Source: Candidatus Dormiibacterota bacterium (GTDB lineage: Bacteria > Chloroflexota > Dormibacteria > Aeolococcales > Aeolococcaceae). From it: a stretch of 64,000 bases of DNA. The stretch covers positions 8,870-72,869 of the forward strand of contig DAINCY010000004.1 of assembly GCA_036732145.1 (NCBI GenBank). The letters run 5' to 3'. Shown here in pieces: positions 1 through 9,639 of this stretch. The notes beneath the pieces are model-generated. The model was not told where the DNA came from and searched no databases. It saw nothing but the letters and a program-made list of their open reading frames with translations. Within the stretch, counting starts at the first letter, position 1. Each line of letters opens with the position of its first letter. The translations under genes were made by a program, and so were the position numbers.

Positions 1-612
1 AAGGATGGCGCAAGGTCCCGGATAGTGCTCGACAAAGACGTAAGCGTCGCGCGTTGCTTCTCCGAATGAGCTGAAGAACTGGGTGCCCACGGACGTCATC
101 GGGAACAAGGCGTACTTCTGCGCAAACAGATCGCAATCGGGATCGATCACGCTCGTGCCGCCCCGCATCAGTCGATCCAGAGTGGCGTTAACTACACGGG
201 ATGATTCGAGGCGTGGAGTGAGAGCGTACTGATCGTTCAATTCACTCCACCGCAACCAGACGCCGGTTCGATTTGCCGCCAGTGCCCATGCCCGCGCGTC
301 TGCATCGGACAGCACAGCGCCCGTCCCGTTAACCACCAACGGCGGTGTCGGCGTCGAATCCGTGAGATTCGCCGGCGGTACCTTCGTGACCCCGTAGGGA
401 GCCCACAGCGCGGCACAGGCCGGCGGCACCCGACCGATGTCCGTCGTCGTCGTCACTGACGCGCATGGACCCGCCGCTACGCTGGGTCGTGAGGCGACCG
501 TCGAGCGCGGGCTGGGCGACGCCGAATGGATGGGGGAGGGGCTGCCGCACGACGACACCGCGACGACCGTCAGGGTCGCCACGACGCTGGCGCGAACGCT
601 GGCTCTGCGCAC
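1..612 (-). CDS. secreted lipoprotein of unknown function (N-terminal 204 codons; ORF runs off the left window edge)
   Basis: Absent from the ORF track because it is open at position 1. Reverse-strand GTG at 612..610 lies about 8 nt downstream of GGAGGAGGGGG. The translation VRRASVRASVVATLTVVAVSSCGSPSP... shows a signal peptide plus lipobox Cys. The frame stays open to position 1. Confidence 0.55.
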   Translation of the reverse strand, partial: MRRASVRASVVATLTVVAVSSCGSPSPIHSASPSPRSTVASRPSVAAGPCASVTTTTDIGRVPPACAALWAPYGVTKVPPANLTDSTPTPPLVVNGTGAVLSDADARAWALAANRTGVWLRWSELNDQYALTPRLESSRVVNATLDRLMRGGTSVIDPDCDLFAQKYALFPMTSVGTQFFSSFGEATRDAYVFVEHYPGPCAIL

Positions 613-1045
613 GATCCGTGCCCCCTCCTCCGTCCGAATGGGTGACGGTACACGACAATGCCGCCGTCTGTCCCAACGTCGATTGGCTGCCCCACATCAG
701 CCGCTCAGACAGTGGAGACAAGTGTCGCGGGCTGGCGCCCCACCTTCAATCACGGTCCCGGCACAAGCGGGTCGTCAGCCGGGTGGGCGGGTCGCCGGCG
801 TCACGCGCCGCCACTTCCCGAGCGGATCAAACGCGTCGATGTCTGTCACAAGCCAGTGACGAAGCATCATGTCGGGACGTCAGATGGGCGAGCGCTCTCA
901 GGTTCCGCGTGGCGTCGTCAAGGGCGAGTTGAGCTGAAGTGCTGGTAAACTAAGGGAGACCTTCGGAGAGCCCCGCTCGGTTCTGGCGCATCGGGAATGC
1001 GCCACGCGGCTTCGCTCTTCGACCGGCGAAGGCCGTTCAGGCCCC

Positions 1046-1324
1046 ATGGAGAGTTACGTGACCGCAGTTCGACCAAAGTCGGAGATCATCGCCGAGCACC
1101 GTCGCCACGACACCGACACAGGGTCGGCGGAGGTGCAGATCGCAGTCCTCAGCGACCGCATTGCAGCGCTCACCGAGCACCTCCGCGACCATCCCAAGGA
1201 TCACGCGTCGCGACGCGGTCTGCTCAAGCTGGTCGGCAAGCGCCGCCGCCTGCTCGATTACCTCACACGCACCGACGTCGAGCGCTACCGCGCGATCATC
1301 GCCCAGCTCGGGCTTCGCCGGTAA
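1046..1324 (+). CDS. rpsO: 30S ribosomal protein S15
   Basis: 92 aa with typical S15 sequence ([45 protein letters not shown]). Conserved position upstream of pnp. Confidence 0.95.
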   Translation: MESYVTAVRPKSEIIAEHRRHDTDTGSAEVQIAVLSDRIAALTEHLRDHPKDHASRRGLLKLVGKRRRLLDYLTRTDVERYRAIIAQLGLRR

Positions 1325-1612
1325 CGATGCGCTCACGTTCGACCGTTCACTCCAAGGAGGGCTGCACACAGCCCGCCTGAGGGTGGGCCCGACATCTCAC
1401 GTCAAACATCAACCGTTCCGATCCGGGAGCGACGACCTCCGCAGCCGCGCGCAGCGGTGAGAGGTTGGCGCCTGGACCTCGGCACAGCGCGGATTTCGCA
1501 GCCACTGGCGCGAACCGCCCGCCGACCTCCAGTCACCAATCTCACCACCATCCGCGCGAGGCCGCAGCCGGTTCGCTCGCCACCCGGGTCATCCATTCAA
1601 ACAGGAGACTCA

Positions 1613-3754
1613 ATGGCCTACCAGAAATTCGAGACCGACTATGCCGGTCAGCCACTCACCGTTGAAACCGGCCACATCGCCGAGCAGGCGAACGGGGCCC
1701 TTTTCATCCGCTGCCGCGACGTCGTCGTGCTGGTCACCGCGACGGCGAATCGGACACCACGAGAGGGAATCGACTTCTTCCCACTCACATGCGACTACGA
1801 GGAGAAGCTGTACTCCGTGGGACGCATTCCCGGAAGCTTCCCCCGTCGCGAGGGCCGTCCCAGTGAGGCGGGAGTGCTCGCCAGCCGGATGATCGACCGT
1901 CCCCTGCGGCCGCTCTTTCCCAAGGACTTCCGCAACGACGTCCAGATCATCGCCACCGTGGTCAGCGCCGACCAGGAGCAGGACCCCACCACGCTCGCAG
2001 TGACTGGCGCGTCGCTGGCGCTGGCCATCAGCGACATCCCCCACGCGGGGCCTGTGGGATGCGTGCGCGTCGGCATGCTCGACGGGCAGCTGATGCTGAA
2101 CCCCACCCTCCAACAGATCGCCGAGTCGGAGCTCGACCTCGTGGTCGCCGGTACCGCGGACTCGATCAGCATGGTCGAGGCCGGTGCGCGCCAGGTCTCC
2201 GAGGCCGTGATGCTCCAGGCCATGCGCATGGCACACGATGAGATCAAGCGGCTGGTGCAGTTCCAGATGGACATCCGCACTGCGCTCGGCGCCAAGCCGA
2301 ACATGAACTACCCGCCGGTGTCGACTGATCCCGAGGTCGCCGCCGCTGTGCACGAGCAGGTTGCAGACCGTATCGGACCAGCGGCCCGCAACGTCGACAA
2401 GGCCGAGCGCGAGCGTCAGCTCGACGATCTCAAGGGCGTGGTGGTCGCCTCGCTTGCCGAGCGCTTCCCCGAGAAGCGCGCCGACATCAGCAAGGCCTTC
2501 GAGTCGGAGACCAAGAAGGCGGTGCGCAACGCCATCCTTCACGAGGGAGTGCGTCCCGACGGCCGTCGCACCGACGAGATCAGGCCCATCTGGGCCCAGG
2601 TCGGCGTGCTGCCGCGCACTCATGGCAGCGCCCTGTTCACCCGCGGTCAGACGCAGGCGCTGTCGATTGTCACCCTCGGCTCCGGCCAGGATCAGCAGAA
2701 GATCGACGGCCTTGGACTCGAGGAGTTCAAGCGCTTCATGCATCACTACAACTTCCCGCCGTACTCCGTCGGCGAGGCCCGCTTCCAGCGCGCCCCCGGT
2801 CGTCGCGAGATCGGCCACGGGGCCCTCGCGGAGCGGGCGGTGCACAACGTGATGCCCGACGACGCCGACTTCCCCTACGTGGTGCGCATCGTCACCGAGA
2901 TTCTCTCGAGCAACGGGTCCACATCCATGGCGTCGGTGTGCGGCTCGTGCCTGGCATTGATGGATGCGGGTGTGCCTCTCATCGCTCCGGTGGCCGGCAT
3001 CGCCATGGGCCTCATCACCGATGAGGGCGACGATCGCGCGGCGATCCTCAGCGACATCCAGGGGATGGAGGACGCGCTCGGCGACATGGACTTCAAGGTG
3101 GCGGGCACCCAGACGGGAATCACCGCGCTGCAGATGGACATGAAGATCAAGGGTCTGCGCTGGGAGCTTGTCGAGCGGGCGCTCGAGCAGGCGCGCGTCG
3201 GCCGCGTCCACATCCTCGGCAAGATGGCCGAGGCTCTGGCGCAGCCACGCACCGAGATGAGCCCATGGGCACCGCGCATCGAGACCATCCAGATCAATCC
3301 CGACAAGATCCGCGATGTCATCGGCCCGGGCGGCAAGATGATCCGCAAGATCGTCGAGGAGACCGGCTGCCAGATCGACATCGAGGACGACGGCACCGTC
3401 AGCATCGCGTCGGCCAACGCGGCCGCGCGCGAGCAGGCGCTCGCCATGATCCGCGACCTCACCGAGGACGTGGAGATCGGCAAGATCTACAAGGGTCGGG
3501 TGGCCCGGCTCATGGGCTTCGGTGCCTTCGTGGAGATCGCTCCCAAGAAGGAGGGGCTGGTGCGCATCGGCCAGCTCGCCGAGCACCGCGTCGAGAAGGT
3601 GGAGGACGTCGTCAACATCGGCGACGAGATCATGGTCAAGGTCATCGAGGTCGACGACCGCGGCCGCATCAACCTCTCCCGCAAGGAGGCCATCCGCGAC
3701 CTCGCCAAGCAGCAAGCCGAGGCTGCCGGCGCCGGCAGCGGCGGGCCGGCGTAG
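1613..3754 (+). CDS. pnp: polyribonucleotide nucleotidyltransferase (PNPase)
   Basis: In-frame ATG at 1613 (MAYQKFE...) preceded by AGGAGA at 1603..1608. Two RNase PH domains, a KH domain (IRDVIGPGGKMIRKI) and an S1 domain (GKIYKGRVARLMGFGAFVEI). The upstream 52 codons of the track ORF look non-coding. Confidence 0.95.
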   Translation: MAYQKFETDYAGQPLTVETGHIAEQANGALFIRCRDVVVLVTATANRTPREGIDFFPLTCDYEEKLYSVGRIPGSFPRREGRPSEAGVLASRMIDRPLRPLFPKDFRNDVQIIATVVSADQEQDPTTLAVTGASLALAISDIPHAGPVGCVRVGMLDGQLMLNPTLQQIAESELDLVVAGTADSISMVEAGARQVSEAVMLQAMRMAHDEIKRLVQFQMDIRTALGAKPNMNYPPVSTDPEVAAAVHEQVADRIGPAARNVDKAERERQLDDLKGVVVASLAERFPEKRADISKAFESETKKAVRNAILHEGVRPDGRRTDEIRPIWAQVGVLPRTHGSALFTRGQTQALSIVTLGSGQDQQKIDGLGLEEFKRFMHHYNFPPYSVGEARFQRAPGRREIGHGALAERAVHNVMPDDADFPYVVRIVTEILSSNGSTSMASVCGSCLALMDAGVPLIAPVAGIAMGLITDEGDDRAAILSDIQGMEDALGDMDFKVAGTQTGITALQMDMKIKGLRWELVERALEQARVGRVHILGKMAEALAQPRTEMSPWAPRIETIQINPDKIRDVIGPGGKMIRKIVEETGCQIDIEDDGTVSIASANAAAREQALAMIRDLTEDVEIGKIYKGRVARLMGFGAFVEIAPKKEGLVRIGQLAEHRVEKVEDVVNIGDEIMVKVIEVDDRGRINLSRKEAIRDLAKQQAEAAGAGSGGPA

Positions 3755-3762
3755 CTCTCACC

Positions 3763-4785
3763 ATGCAGAATCCGCCCGTCGTCGCCGTGGTGGGGGCGAC
3801 GGGCGCTGCCGGGGGCACGCTGTTGCGGGTCCTCGAGGATCGTGTCTTCCCCATCGGTGATTTCCGGGCGCTCGCCAGCGCCCGCAGCGCAGGCGCGATC
3901 GTTCGCTTCCGCGACAACGACGTGGTGGTGCGTGAGGTGGAGGACAACCTCCTCGCCGGCGCGGACATCGTGTTCTTCGCCGCCGGCGCCGCAACATCGC
4001 GACGCTTCGCCCCGATGGTGGCCGCGGGAGGCGGAGTCGCAGTCGACAAGTCCAGCGCGTACCGCATGGACCCGGCGGTCCCGCTGGTCGTACCCGAGGT
4101 CAATGCGGACCTGCTGGCGACGCATTCGGGCATCGTGGCCAATCCCAACTGCGTCGCCATCCCCCTGGCGGTCGTGCTCGGCCCGCTGCACGCCCGTTTT
4201 GGGTTGCGCCATGTGACCGTTGCCACCTACCAGGCCGCCAGCGGAGGAGGCCGTGCCCTGGCAGCTGAACTCGCTGCGCAGGAACGCGACGACGCCTATG
4301 GACGGCCACCCAAGCACGAGGTATATCCCCACGTGCTGCACGGCAACGTGGTGCCCGGCGGTTGGCCGATGGTCGGTGACGACACCGAGGAGGAAACCAA
4401 GGTGATCGCTGAGGTGCGGCGCGTTCTCGATCTGCCGAAGCTGCCCATCGGTGTCACCACCGTCCGGGTTCCGGTTGCTGTCGGTCACGCAGCGGCGGTG
4501 TGGATCGAGTTCGAGAAGTCGACGTCAGCTGATGACGCCCGGCGGGCCCTGGCAGTGGCGCCCGGTGTGCTGGTGGTCGACGACCCGGCGACACAGCAGT
4601 ACCCGACGCCACGGGCTGTCGCGGGTTGCGACGAGGTTCACGTGGGACGGATCCGCGTCGACCGCTCCCGCAGCAATGGGCTGGCGCTGTTCCTGGCGGC
4701 GGACAACCTGCGCAAGGGTGCCGCCACCAATGCCGTTCAGGTCGCGGAGCTCCTGCTGAGATCAGGTGGGTGGAGCACTGGGTGA
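3763..4785 (+). CDS. asd: aspartate-semialdehyde dehydrogenase
   Basis: ATG at 3763 (MQNPPVVAVVGATGAAG, Rossmann motif). Active-site segment GIVANPNCVAIPL. 340 aa. The long upstream part of the track ORF overlaps pnp out of frame. Confidence 0.9.
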   Translation: MQNPPVVAVVGATGAAGGTLLRVLEDRVFPIGDFRALASARSAGAIVRFRDNDVVVREVEDNLLAGADIVFFAAGAATSRRFAPMVAAGGGVAVDKSSAYRMDPAVPLVVPEVNADLLATHSGIVANPNCVAIPLAVVLGPLHARFGLRHVTVATYQAASGGGRALAAELAAQERDDAYGRPPKHEVYPHVLHGNVVPGGWPMVGDDTEEETKVIAEVRRVLDLPKLPIGVTTVRVPVAVGHAAAVWIEFEKSTSADDARRALAVAPGVLVVDDPATQQYPTPRAVAGCDEVHVGRIRVDRSRSNGLALFLAADNLRKGAATNAVQVAELLLRSGGWSTG

Positions 4786-4947
4786 CACACGGTTTCGACG
4801 AATCCGCCCAATTCGCTTGGGTTGGTGTCGTGGCCCTGGTGATCTCCGCCGTTGTGGCGCTGGGCCCGGCGCCACCGGGCGAGCGAGGGCCGGCCGGGGC
4901 GATGACAGGGGGGTTGGGCTGATCGCACTCCCTACAATCGGCGGCGA

Positions 4948-5592
4948 ATGCAAGTGGCGCCGACCACGGAGCAACTCCTCGAGATCCACGGCCGGATCCG
5001 GGCCTGCGTCGCCTGCCGCCTCCATGAGACGCGCACCCAGGCGGTTCCGGGCTACGGGCCCGTCGAGGCGCGGATCATGGCGGTCGGCGAGGCTCCAGGT
5101 GAGAAGGAGGATCAGCTGGGCCGCCCATTTGTCGGGGCCGCCGGCAAGCTGCTCACCGAACTGGTCGAGTCCATCGGCCTGACCCGTCGCGACATCTACA
5201 TCACCAACACGGTTCGCTGCCGTCCCCCGGGCAATCGCGACCCCGAACCCGATGAGGTCAGCGCCTGCAGCCACTTCCTCGACGAGCAGATCGCGCTGCT
5301 CCGCCCGGACGTCATCCTCATCCTGGGACGACACGCGCTCAACCGCCTGCTGCCGGAGTCGGCGGGGATCTCGCGCCTGCACGGCGAGCGCGTGGTGCGC
5401 GATGACCGCGTCTACGTGCCGCTCTACCACCCGGCGGCCGCTCTCTACAACGGCTCGCTGCGCGAGACCCTTCTCGCTGACATGCGGCGGGTCCGCACCT
5501 ATCTCGACGAGGCGGAGGCGATGCGCGCCGCACCTGTCGAGCCCGTCCCCGAACCGATCACCGCCGATCAGTTGAGCCTCTTCGCCCTGTGA
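4948..5592 (+). CDS. uracil-DNA glycosylase, family 4 (Fe-S type)
   Basis: CVACRLHE cysteine cluster, motif A VGEAPGEKED, GRPFVGAAGKLL, and TNTVRCRPPGNRDP. Confidence 0.85.
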   Translation: MQVAPTTEQLLEIHGRIRACVACRLHETRTQAVPGYGPVEARIMAVGEAPGEKEDQLGRPFVGAAGKLLTELVESIGLTRRDIYITNTVRCRPPGNRDPEPDEVSACSHFLDEQIALLRPDVILILGRHALNRLLPESAGISRLHGERVVRDDRVYVPLYHPAAALYNGSLRETLLADMRRVRTYLDEAEAMRAAPVEPVPEPITADQLSLFAL

Positions 5593-7232
5593 TCGCCCTG
5601 GTGCCGCTCGGCGGTCTCGGCGAGATCGGCCGCAACCTGATGGCGATCGACTGTGGAGACGACATCGTCGTGGTCGATTGCGGCCTGATGTTCCCCGAGC
5701 AGGAGATGCTCGGCATCGACCTGGTCATCCCCGACATCACCTGGCTGATGGAGCGCGTCGACCGCGTGCGTGGCATCGTGTTGACGCACGCCCACGAGGA
5801 CCACATCGGGGCCCTGCCCTACGTGCTGCCGCGACTGCCCGTCCCCGTCTACGGCACTTCGCTGACGCTGGGCTTCCTGCGCAACAAGCTCAAGGAGCAC
5901 AAGCTCCTCGACTCCACCGACCTGCACACCGTCCGGGCCGGCGACACCGTGCAGCTCGGCGCCATCGCTGTCGAGTGGATCCACATCACCCACTCCGTCC
6001 CCGACGCGTGCTCGCTGGCGCTGCACACCCCCGAGGGGGTCATCGTCCACACCGGCGACTTCAAGATCGATCAGACGCCTGTGCAGGGCTCGCCGCCCGA
6101 CCTGGCCCGGCTGGCCCGCCTTGGCGACGAGGGCGTGCTGCTGCTGCTCAGCGACTCCACCAACGCCGAGCAGGAGGGCACAACCCCCAGCGAGCGCCGG
6201 GTGGGGGAGGGACTGGCTCCGCTGTTCGCGGAGGCGCCCGGGCGCATCCTCATGGCCACCTTTGCCTCCAACATCTCGCGCTTGCAGCAGGCGATCGACG
6301 CCGCGCGGGGCTGCGGGCGCAAGTGCTTCATCGTGGGGCGCTCCATGCTCAACAACGTGCGCGTCGGTCAGGAGCTTGGCTTCCTGCGCACGCCGGACGT
6401 CTTCGTGTCCCCCAAGCAGCACGCATCCGTGCCCGATCACGAGCTGGCGGTGCTCTGCACGGGCGCCCAGGGTGAGCCGATGTCGGCGCTGTCGCGGATC
6501 GCCGCGGGTGACCACCCCATGGTGCAACTGCGTGAGGGCGACACCGTGATCATCAGCGCCAACCCCATCCCCGGCAACGAGGAGGCGGTGCACCGCACCA
6601 TCAACAACCTCTACCGGCGCGGGGCGCGGGTCTTCAACTCCTCGAAGCATCACGTGCACGCCTCGGGACACGCCAGCCGCGAAGAGCTGAAGCTGATGCT
6701 CACGCTGACCAGGCCGAAGTTCTTCGTCCCGGTCCATGGCGAGTACCGCCACCTCGCGATTCACGCCGATCTGGCGGCAGCGGTCGGTATTCCTCGCGAC
6801 CACATCCTGCCCGTCGACAACGGCACGGTCATCGAGATCGACGGCGACGTCATCCGCCGCCGTCCGGAACGTGTGCCCGCCGGCTACGTGTACGTCGACG
6901 GCCTCAGCATCGACGAGGCCGGTGACGTCGTGCTTCGTGACCGGCGCTTGCTCGCCCAGGACGGGGTGGTCATCGTGGCGCTCACGGTCGAGCGCAGCAC
7001 CGGGGCGGTCATCGCCGGCCCTGACCTTCTGTCTCGCGGCTTCATCGAGGACAGCGCCACCGACAACCTCTTCGAGGAGGCGCGGGCGCACACCCTCGGC
7101 CTGGTCGACAAGCTCCGCCCTGATGCGGAGTGGTCCGTCTGGCAGGCGGCCATCCACGAAGGGCTGTCGCGGTTCCTGTACTCACGCACCCGGCGCCGGC
7201 CGATGATCCTGCCGGTGGTCACCGAGGTCTGA
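5589..7232 (+). CDS. rnj: ribonuclease J
   Basis: GTG start overlaps the udg stop (GTGA). Metallo-beta-lactamase motif THAHEDHIGALPY, beta-CASP region, HASGHASREEL. 547 aa. Confidence 0.92.
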   Translation: MIALVPLGGLGEIGRNLMAIDCGDDIVVVDCGLMFPEQEMLGIDLVIPDITWLMERVDRVRGIVLTHAHEDHIGALPYVLPRLPVPVYGTSLTLGFLRNKLKEHKLLDSTDLHTVRAGDTVQLGAIAVEWIHITHSVPDACSLALHTPEGVIVHTGDFKIDQTPVQGSPPDLARLARLGDEGVLLLLSDSTNAEQEGTTPSERRVGEGLAPLFAEAPGRILMATFASNISRLQQAIDAARGCGRKCFIVGRSMLNNVRVGQELGFLRTPDVFVSPKQHASVPDHELAVLCTGAQGEPMSALSRIAAGDHPMVQLREGDTVIISANPIPGNEEAVHRTINNLYRRGARVFNSSKHHVHASGHASREELKLMLTLTRPKFFVPVHGEYRHLAIHADLAAAVGIPRDHILPVDNGTVIEIDGDVIRRRPERVPAGYVYVDGLSIDEAGDVVLRDRRLLAQDGVVIVALTVERSTGAVIAGPDLLSRGFIEDSATDNLFEEARAHTLGLVDKLRPDAEWSVWQAAIHEGLSRFLYSRTRRRPMILPVVTEV

Positions 7233-7347
7233 GGCGAACGCCGGTTCGGCACGGCCGCCGGGGTGCTGATACGATCGACGCGCCTCCGGAGGCCCCGGGG
7301 AGCAGCCGCGTCCCGCACACTTTCCACCCCGAGGCTGCACACCAAAG

Positions 7348-9615
7348 ATGGCACGACGCGCTTCCACGAAACCCCGCCCAGCAGCCCGCCGCCGTGCTCC
7401 CGCGCGCGGCGCCCAGGCGTCGCGCCGACGCCCGGTGGGGCACCAGCCCATGCTCACGGCGGCCCAGCGCCGCGAGTTGAGCGGTGTGGCGCTGGTCGGA
7501 GCAGGCGCTGTGCTGGCCGTGCTCCTGCTCATCCCCGGTGGTGGCTCCATCGCCGGGCCGGTTCACGACGGCTTCTTCGCCGCCCTCGGCGTCGGCGCCT
7601 GGTTGGTGGCGGCGGGCTTCGGTGTCACCGGCGCCCGGCTGCTGCAGGGCCACGAGTGGCGCGGTGGCGTGCTCGCCGCCATCGGTTCACTTGCGACAGT
7701 GCTCGCCGTTCTTGGGTTCCTCGGGTTGGCGGCAGCCGACAGCGCCGGATGGGTGGGCAACAAGCTCGGCCCCGGTGTCGCCGACCGGCTGGGAGGTCCC
7801 GCGTCGGGCGTGCTCATGCTGGTCGCCGCCTCGCTCGGCCTGGTTCTCGCCATCGATCTGCGGGTGGCCCCTGTGGCGGCCTGGCTGACCGAGCATCTCG
7901 CCGGCCCGCGGGAATCCAGAGCGGCCCACCGCGAGCGCCGCACCAGGTTCGATGCCACCAGCGACGTGGATCTGATGGGGACCGCTGCCCCCGTCTTCGT
8001 TCCGCCCCCGGCCGCCCCGGTTGCCGTGGAGGAGGCCTTCGCAGGCATCGCCACACGCGAATTCGAGAACGTCGAACCGCTCGGCGATGAGGGCTTCGTC
8101 CGCGAGTTCGAGGGCGCCGAACCGGCCCTGGGCCCCATCCCTGAGGTTGCACTGGCCCACGCCGCCGAGCTGGACGAGGGGGAGAAGGTGTGGGTGCTGC
8201 CCACCCCCGACCTCCTCGACACCGTGGCCGGCAAGCGCGAGCGTCTCAACGCCGAGGTTGAGCGCAACAAACAGACCATCGTCTCGACGCTGCGCAGCTT
8301 CGGGATCGAGACGCGGATCATCGGTGAGTCGGTGGGGCCGACCGTCACCCAGTACGAGCTGCAACCGGCGGCCGGTGTGCCGGTGCGCAAGATCGTCGGC
8401 TACCAGACGGACCTGTCGCTGGCACTGGCGGCGCCGATCCGCATCCAGCCATTCATTCCCGGCAAGTCGGCGATCGGCATCGAGGTGCCCAACAAGGCGG
8501 CCCAGCTGGTGGCACTCAAGGAGATCGTGCAGTCGGCGATGTTCACCGATGGCCGCACCCGCCTGGCCGTAGCGCTCGGCGCCGACGTCAGCGGCCACCC
8601 GGTTGCCGGCGACCTGACGCGCATGCCCCACCTGCTCATCGCCGGGGCCACCGGGAGTGGCAAGTCGGTGTGCATCAACGCGGTGCTCGGCGGCTTCCTG
8701 CTCCAGGCGACGCCAGCAGAGCTGAAGCTGATCCTCATCGACCCCAAGCGAGTGGAGCTGAGCAACTTCGCCGACCTTCCGCATCTGCTGGTGCCCGTCG
8801 TCGTGGAACCCGAGGCGGCCGTCGCCTCCCTGCGCTGGGCGGTCAAGGAGATGGAGGAGCGGTACAAGCTCTTCGCCTCGCATGGCGCGCGCAACATCGC
8901 AGCCTTCAACGAGCGCGCCATCGGGCTGGGCCTCTCGCCGCTGCCGTACACCGTCATCGTCATCGACGAGCTGGCTGACCTGATGATGGTGGCCGCCGGA
9001 GAGATCGAGGACCTCATCTGCCGGATCGCCCAGCTGGCGCGCGCCGTCGGCATCCACCTCGTGGTCGCGACCCAACGCCCGTCGGCCGACATCATCACCG
9101 GACTCATCAAGGCCAACATCCCGTCACGGGTGGCCTTCGCGGTGTCGAGCGGCACCGATTCGCGCGTCATCCTCGACGAGATGGGCGCGGAGAAGCTCCT
9201 CGGTCGCGGCGACATGCTCTACCTGCCCATCGACCAGGGCAAGGCACAACGGCTCCAGGGGGCGTTCGTCAGCGACCGCGAGCTCGACGCCCTCATCGGT
9301 CATTGGAAGGCACAGGGCAAGCCCGACTACCAGGAGGAGATCTTCCAGGTCGAAGCGTCGGTCTCGTGGGCGCGGGAGGCCACCAAGCGCGACCCACTTT
9401 TCGCCAAGGCAGCCCATATCGTCGCCGCCGAGGGACGCGGGGCGGCGTCACTGCTGCAACGCAAGATGAACGTCGGCTACACGCGCGCGGCTCGGCTCGT
9501 CGACCAGCTCGCCGAGCACCGCATCGTCGGCCCGTACGAGGGGAGCAAATCGCGAGAGGTGCTCATGGACGTCATCCAGGTCGACGAATATTTGGCGGAA
9601 CTCGGCGACGAGTGA
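7348..9615 (+). CDS. ftsK: DNA translocase FtsK/SpoIIIE
   Basis: N-terminal TM helices, Walker A GATGSGKS, Walker B VIVIDELADL, and a C-terminal gamma wHTH (LLQRKMNVGYTRAARLVDQLAEHRIVG). Confidence 0.93.
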   Translation: MARRASTKPRPAARRRAPARGAQASRRRPVGHQPMLTAAQRRELSGVALVGAGAVLAVLLLIPGGGSIAGPVHDGFFAALGVGAWLVAAGFGVTGARLLQGHEWRGGVLAAIGSLATVLAVLGFLGLAAADSAGWVGNKLGPGVADRLGGPASGVLMLVAASLGLVLAIDLRVAPVAAWLTEHLAGPRESRAAHRERRTRFDATSDVDLMGTAAPVFVPPPAAPVAVEEAFAGIATREFENVEPLGDEGFVREFEGAEPALGPIPEVALAHAAELDEGEKVWVLPTPDLLDTVAGKRERLNAEVERNKQTIVSTLRSFGIETRIIGESVGPTVTQYELQPAAGVPVRKIVGYQTDLSLALAAPIRIQPFIPGKSAIGIEVPNKAAQLVALKEIVQSAMFTDGRTRLAVALGADVSGHPVAGDLTRMPHLLIAGATGSGKSVCINAVLGGFLLQATPAELKLILIDPKRVELSNFADLPHLLVPVVVEPEAAVASLRWAVKEMEERYKLFASHGARNIAAFNERAIGLGLSPLPYTVIVIDELADLMMVAAGEIEDLICRIAQLARAVGIHLVVATQRPSADIITGLIKANIPSRVAFAVSSGTDSRVILDEMGAEKLLGRGDMLYLPIDQGKAQRLQGAFVSDRELDALIGHWKAQGKPDYQEEIFQVEASVSWAREATKRDPLFAKAAHIVAAEGRGAASLLQRKMNVGYTRAARLVDQLAEHRIVGPYEGSKSREVLMDVIQVDEYLAELGDE

Positions 9616-9639
9616 CCGGCCGAGCCCTGTCATCGTGAG

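Noticed and set aside
1325-1612. 288-nt rpsO-pnp spacer as a PNPase autoregulatory, RNase III-processed hairpin (as in E. coli).
   Set aside because: I could find only a short GGGCTG-CACA-CAGCCC stem (about 1352..1367) and no long irregular hairpin by eye. A folding program would be needed, so no claim is made.
1610-3715. 701-aa ORF antisense to pnp. Similar long antisense or shadow ORFs occur at 5568..7157, 7687..9075, 9448..10812, 10533..11594, 16779..18131, 20395..21732, 21429..22808, 23025..24317, 24221..25330, 26005..27222, 29192..30415, 30482..31639, 36477..37409, 37301..38656, 45010..46473, 46251..47849, 47774..48937, 61153..62082 and 62957..63991.
   Set aside because: Their translations are low-complexity Arg/Ala/Gly/Pro- or Asp/His/Gly-rich with no recognisable motifs. 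Each lies opposite a gene with strong family signatures. This is typical of stop-codon-poor antisense frames in high-GC DNA.
4782-4922. 46-codon ORF GTGA-coupled to the asd stop, with one hydrophobic helix (VTHGFDESAQFAWVGVVALVISAVVALGPA...).
   Set aside because: There is no SD and no recognisable family. A short ORF with a Pro/Gly-rich tail could easily arise by chance in GC-rich DNA. It is kept only as a note.
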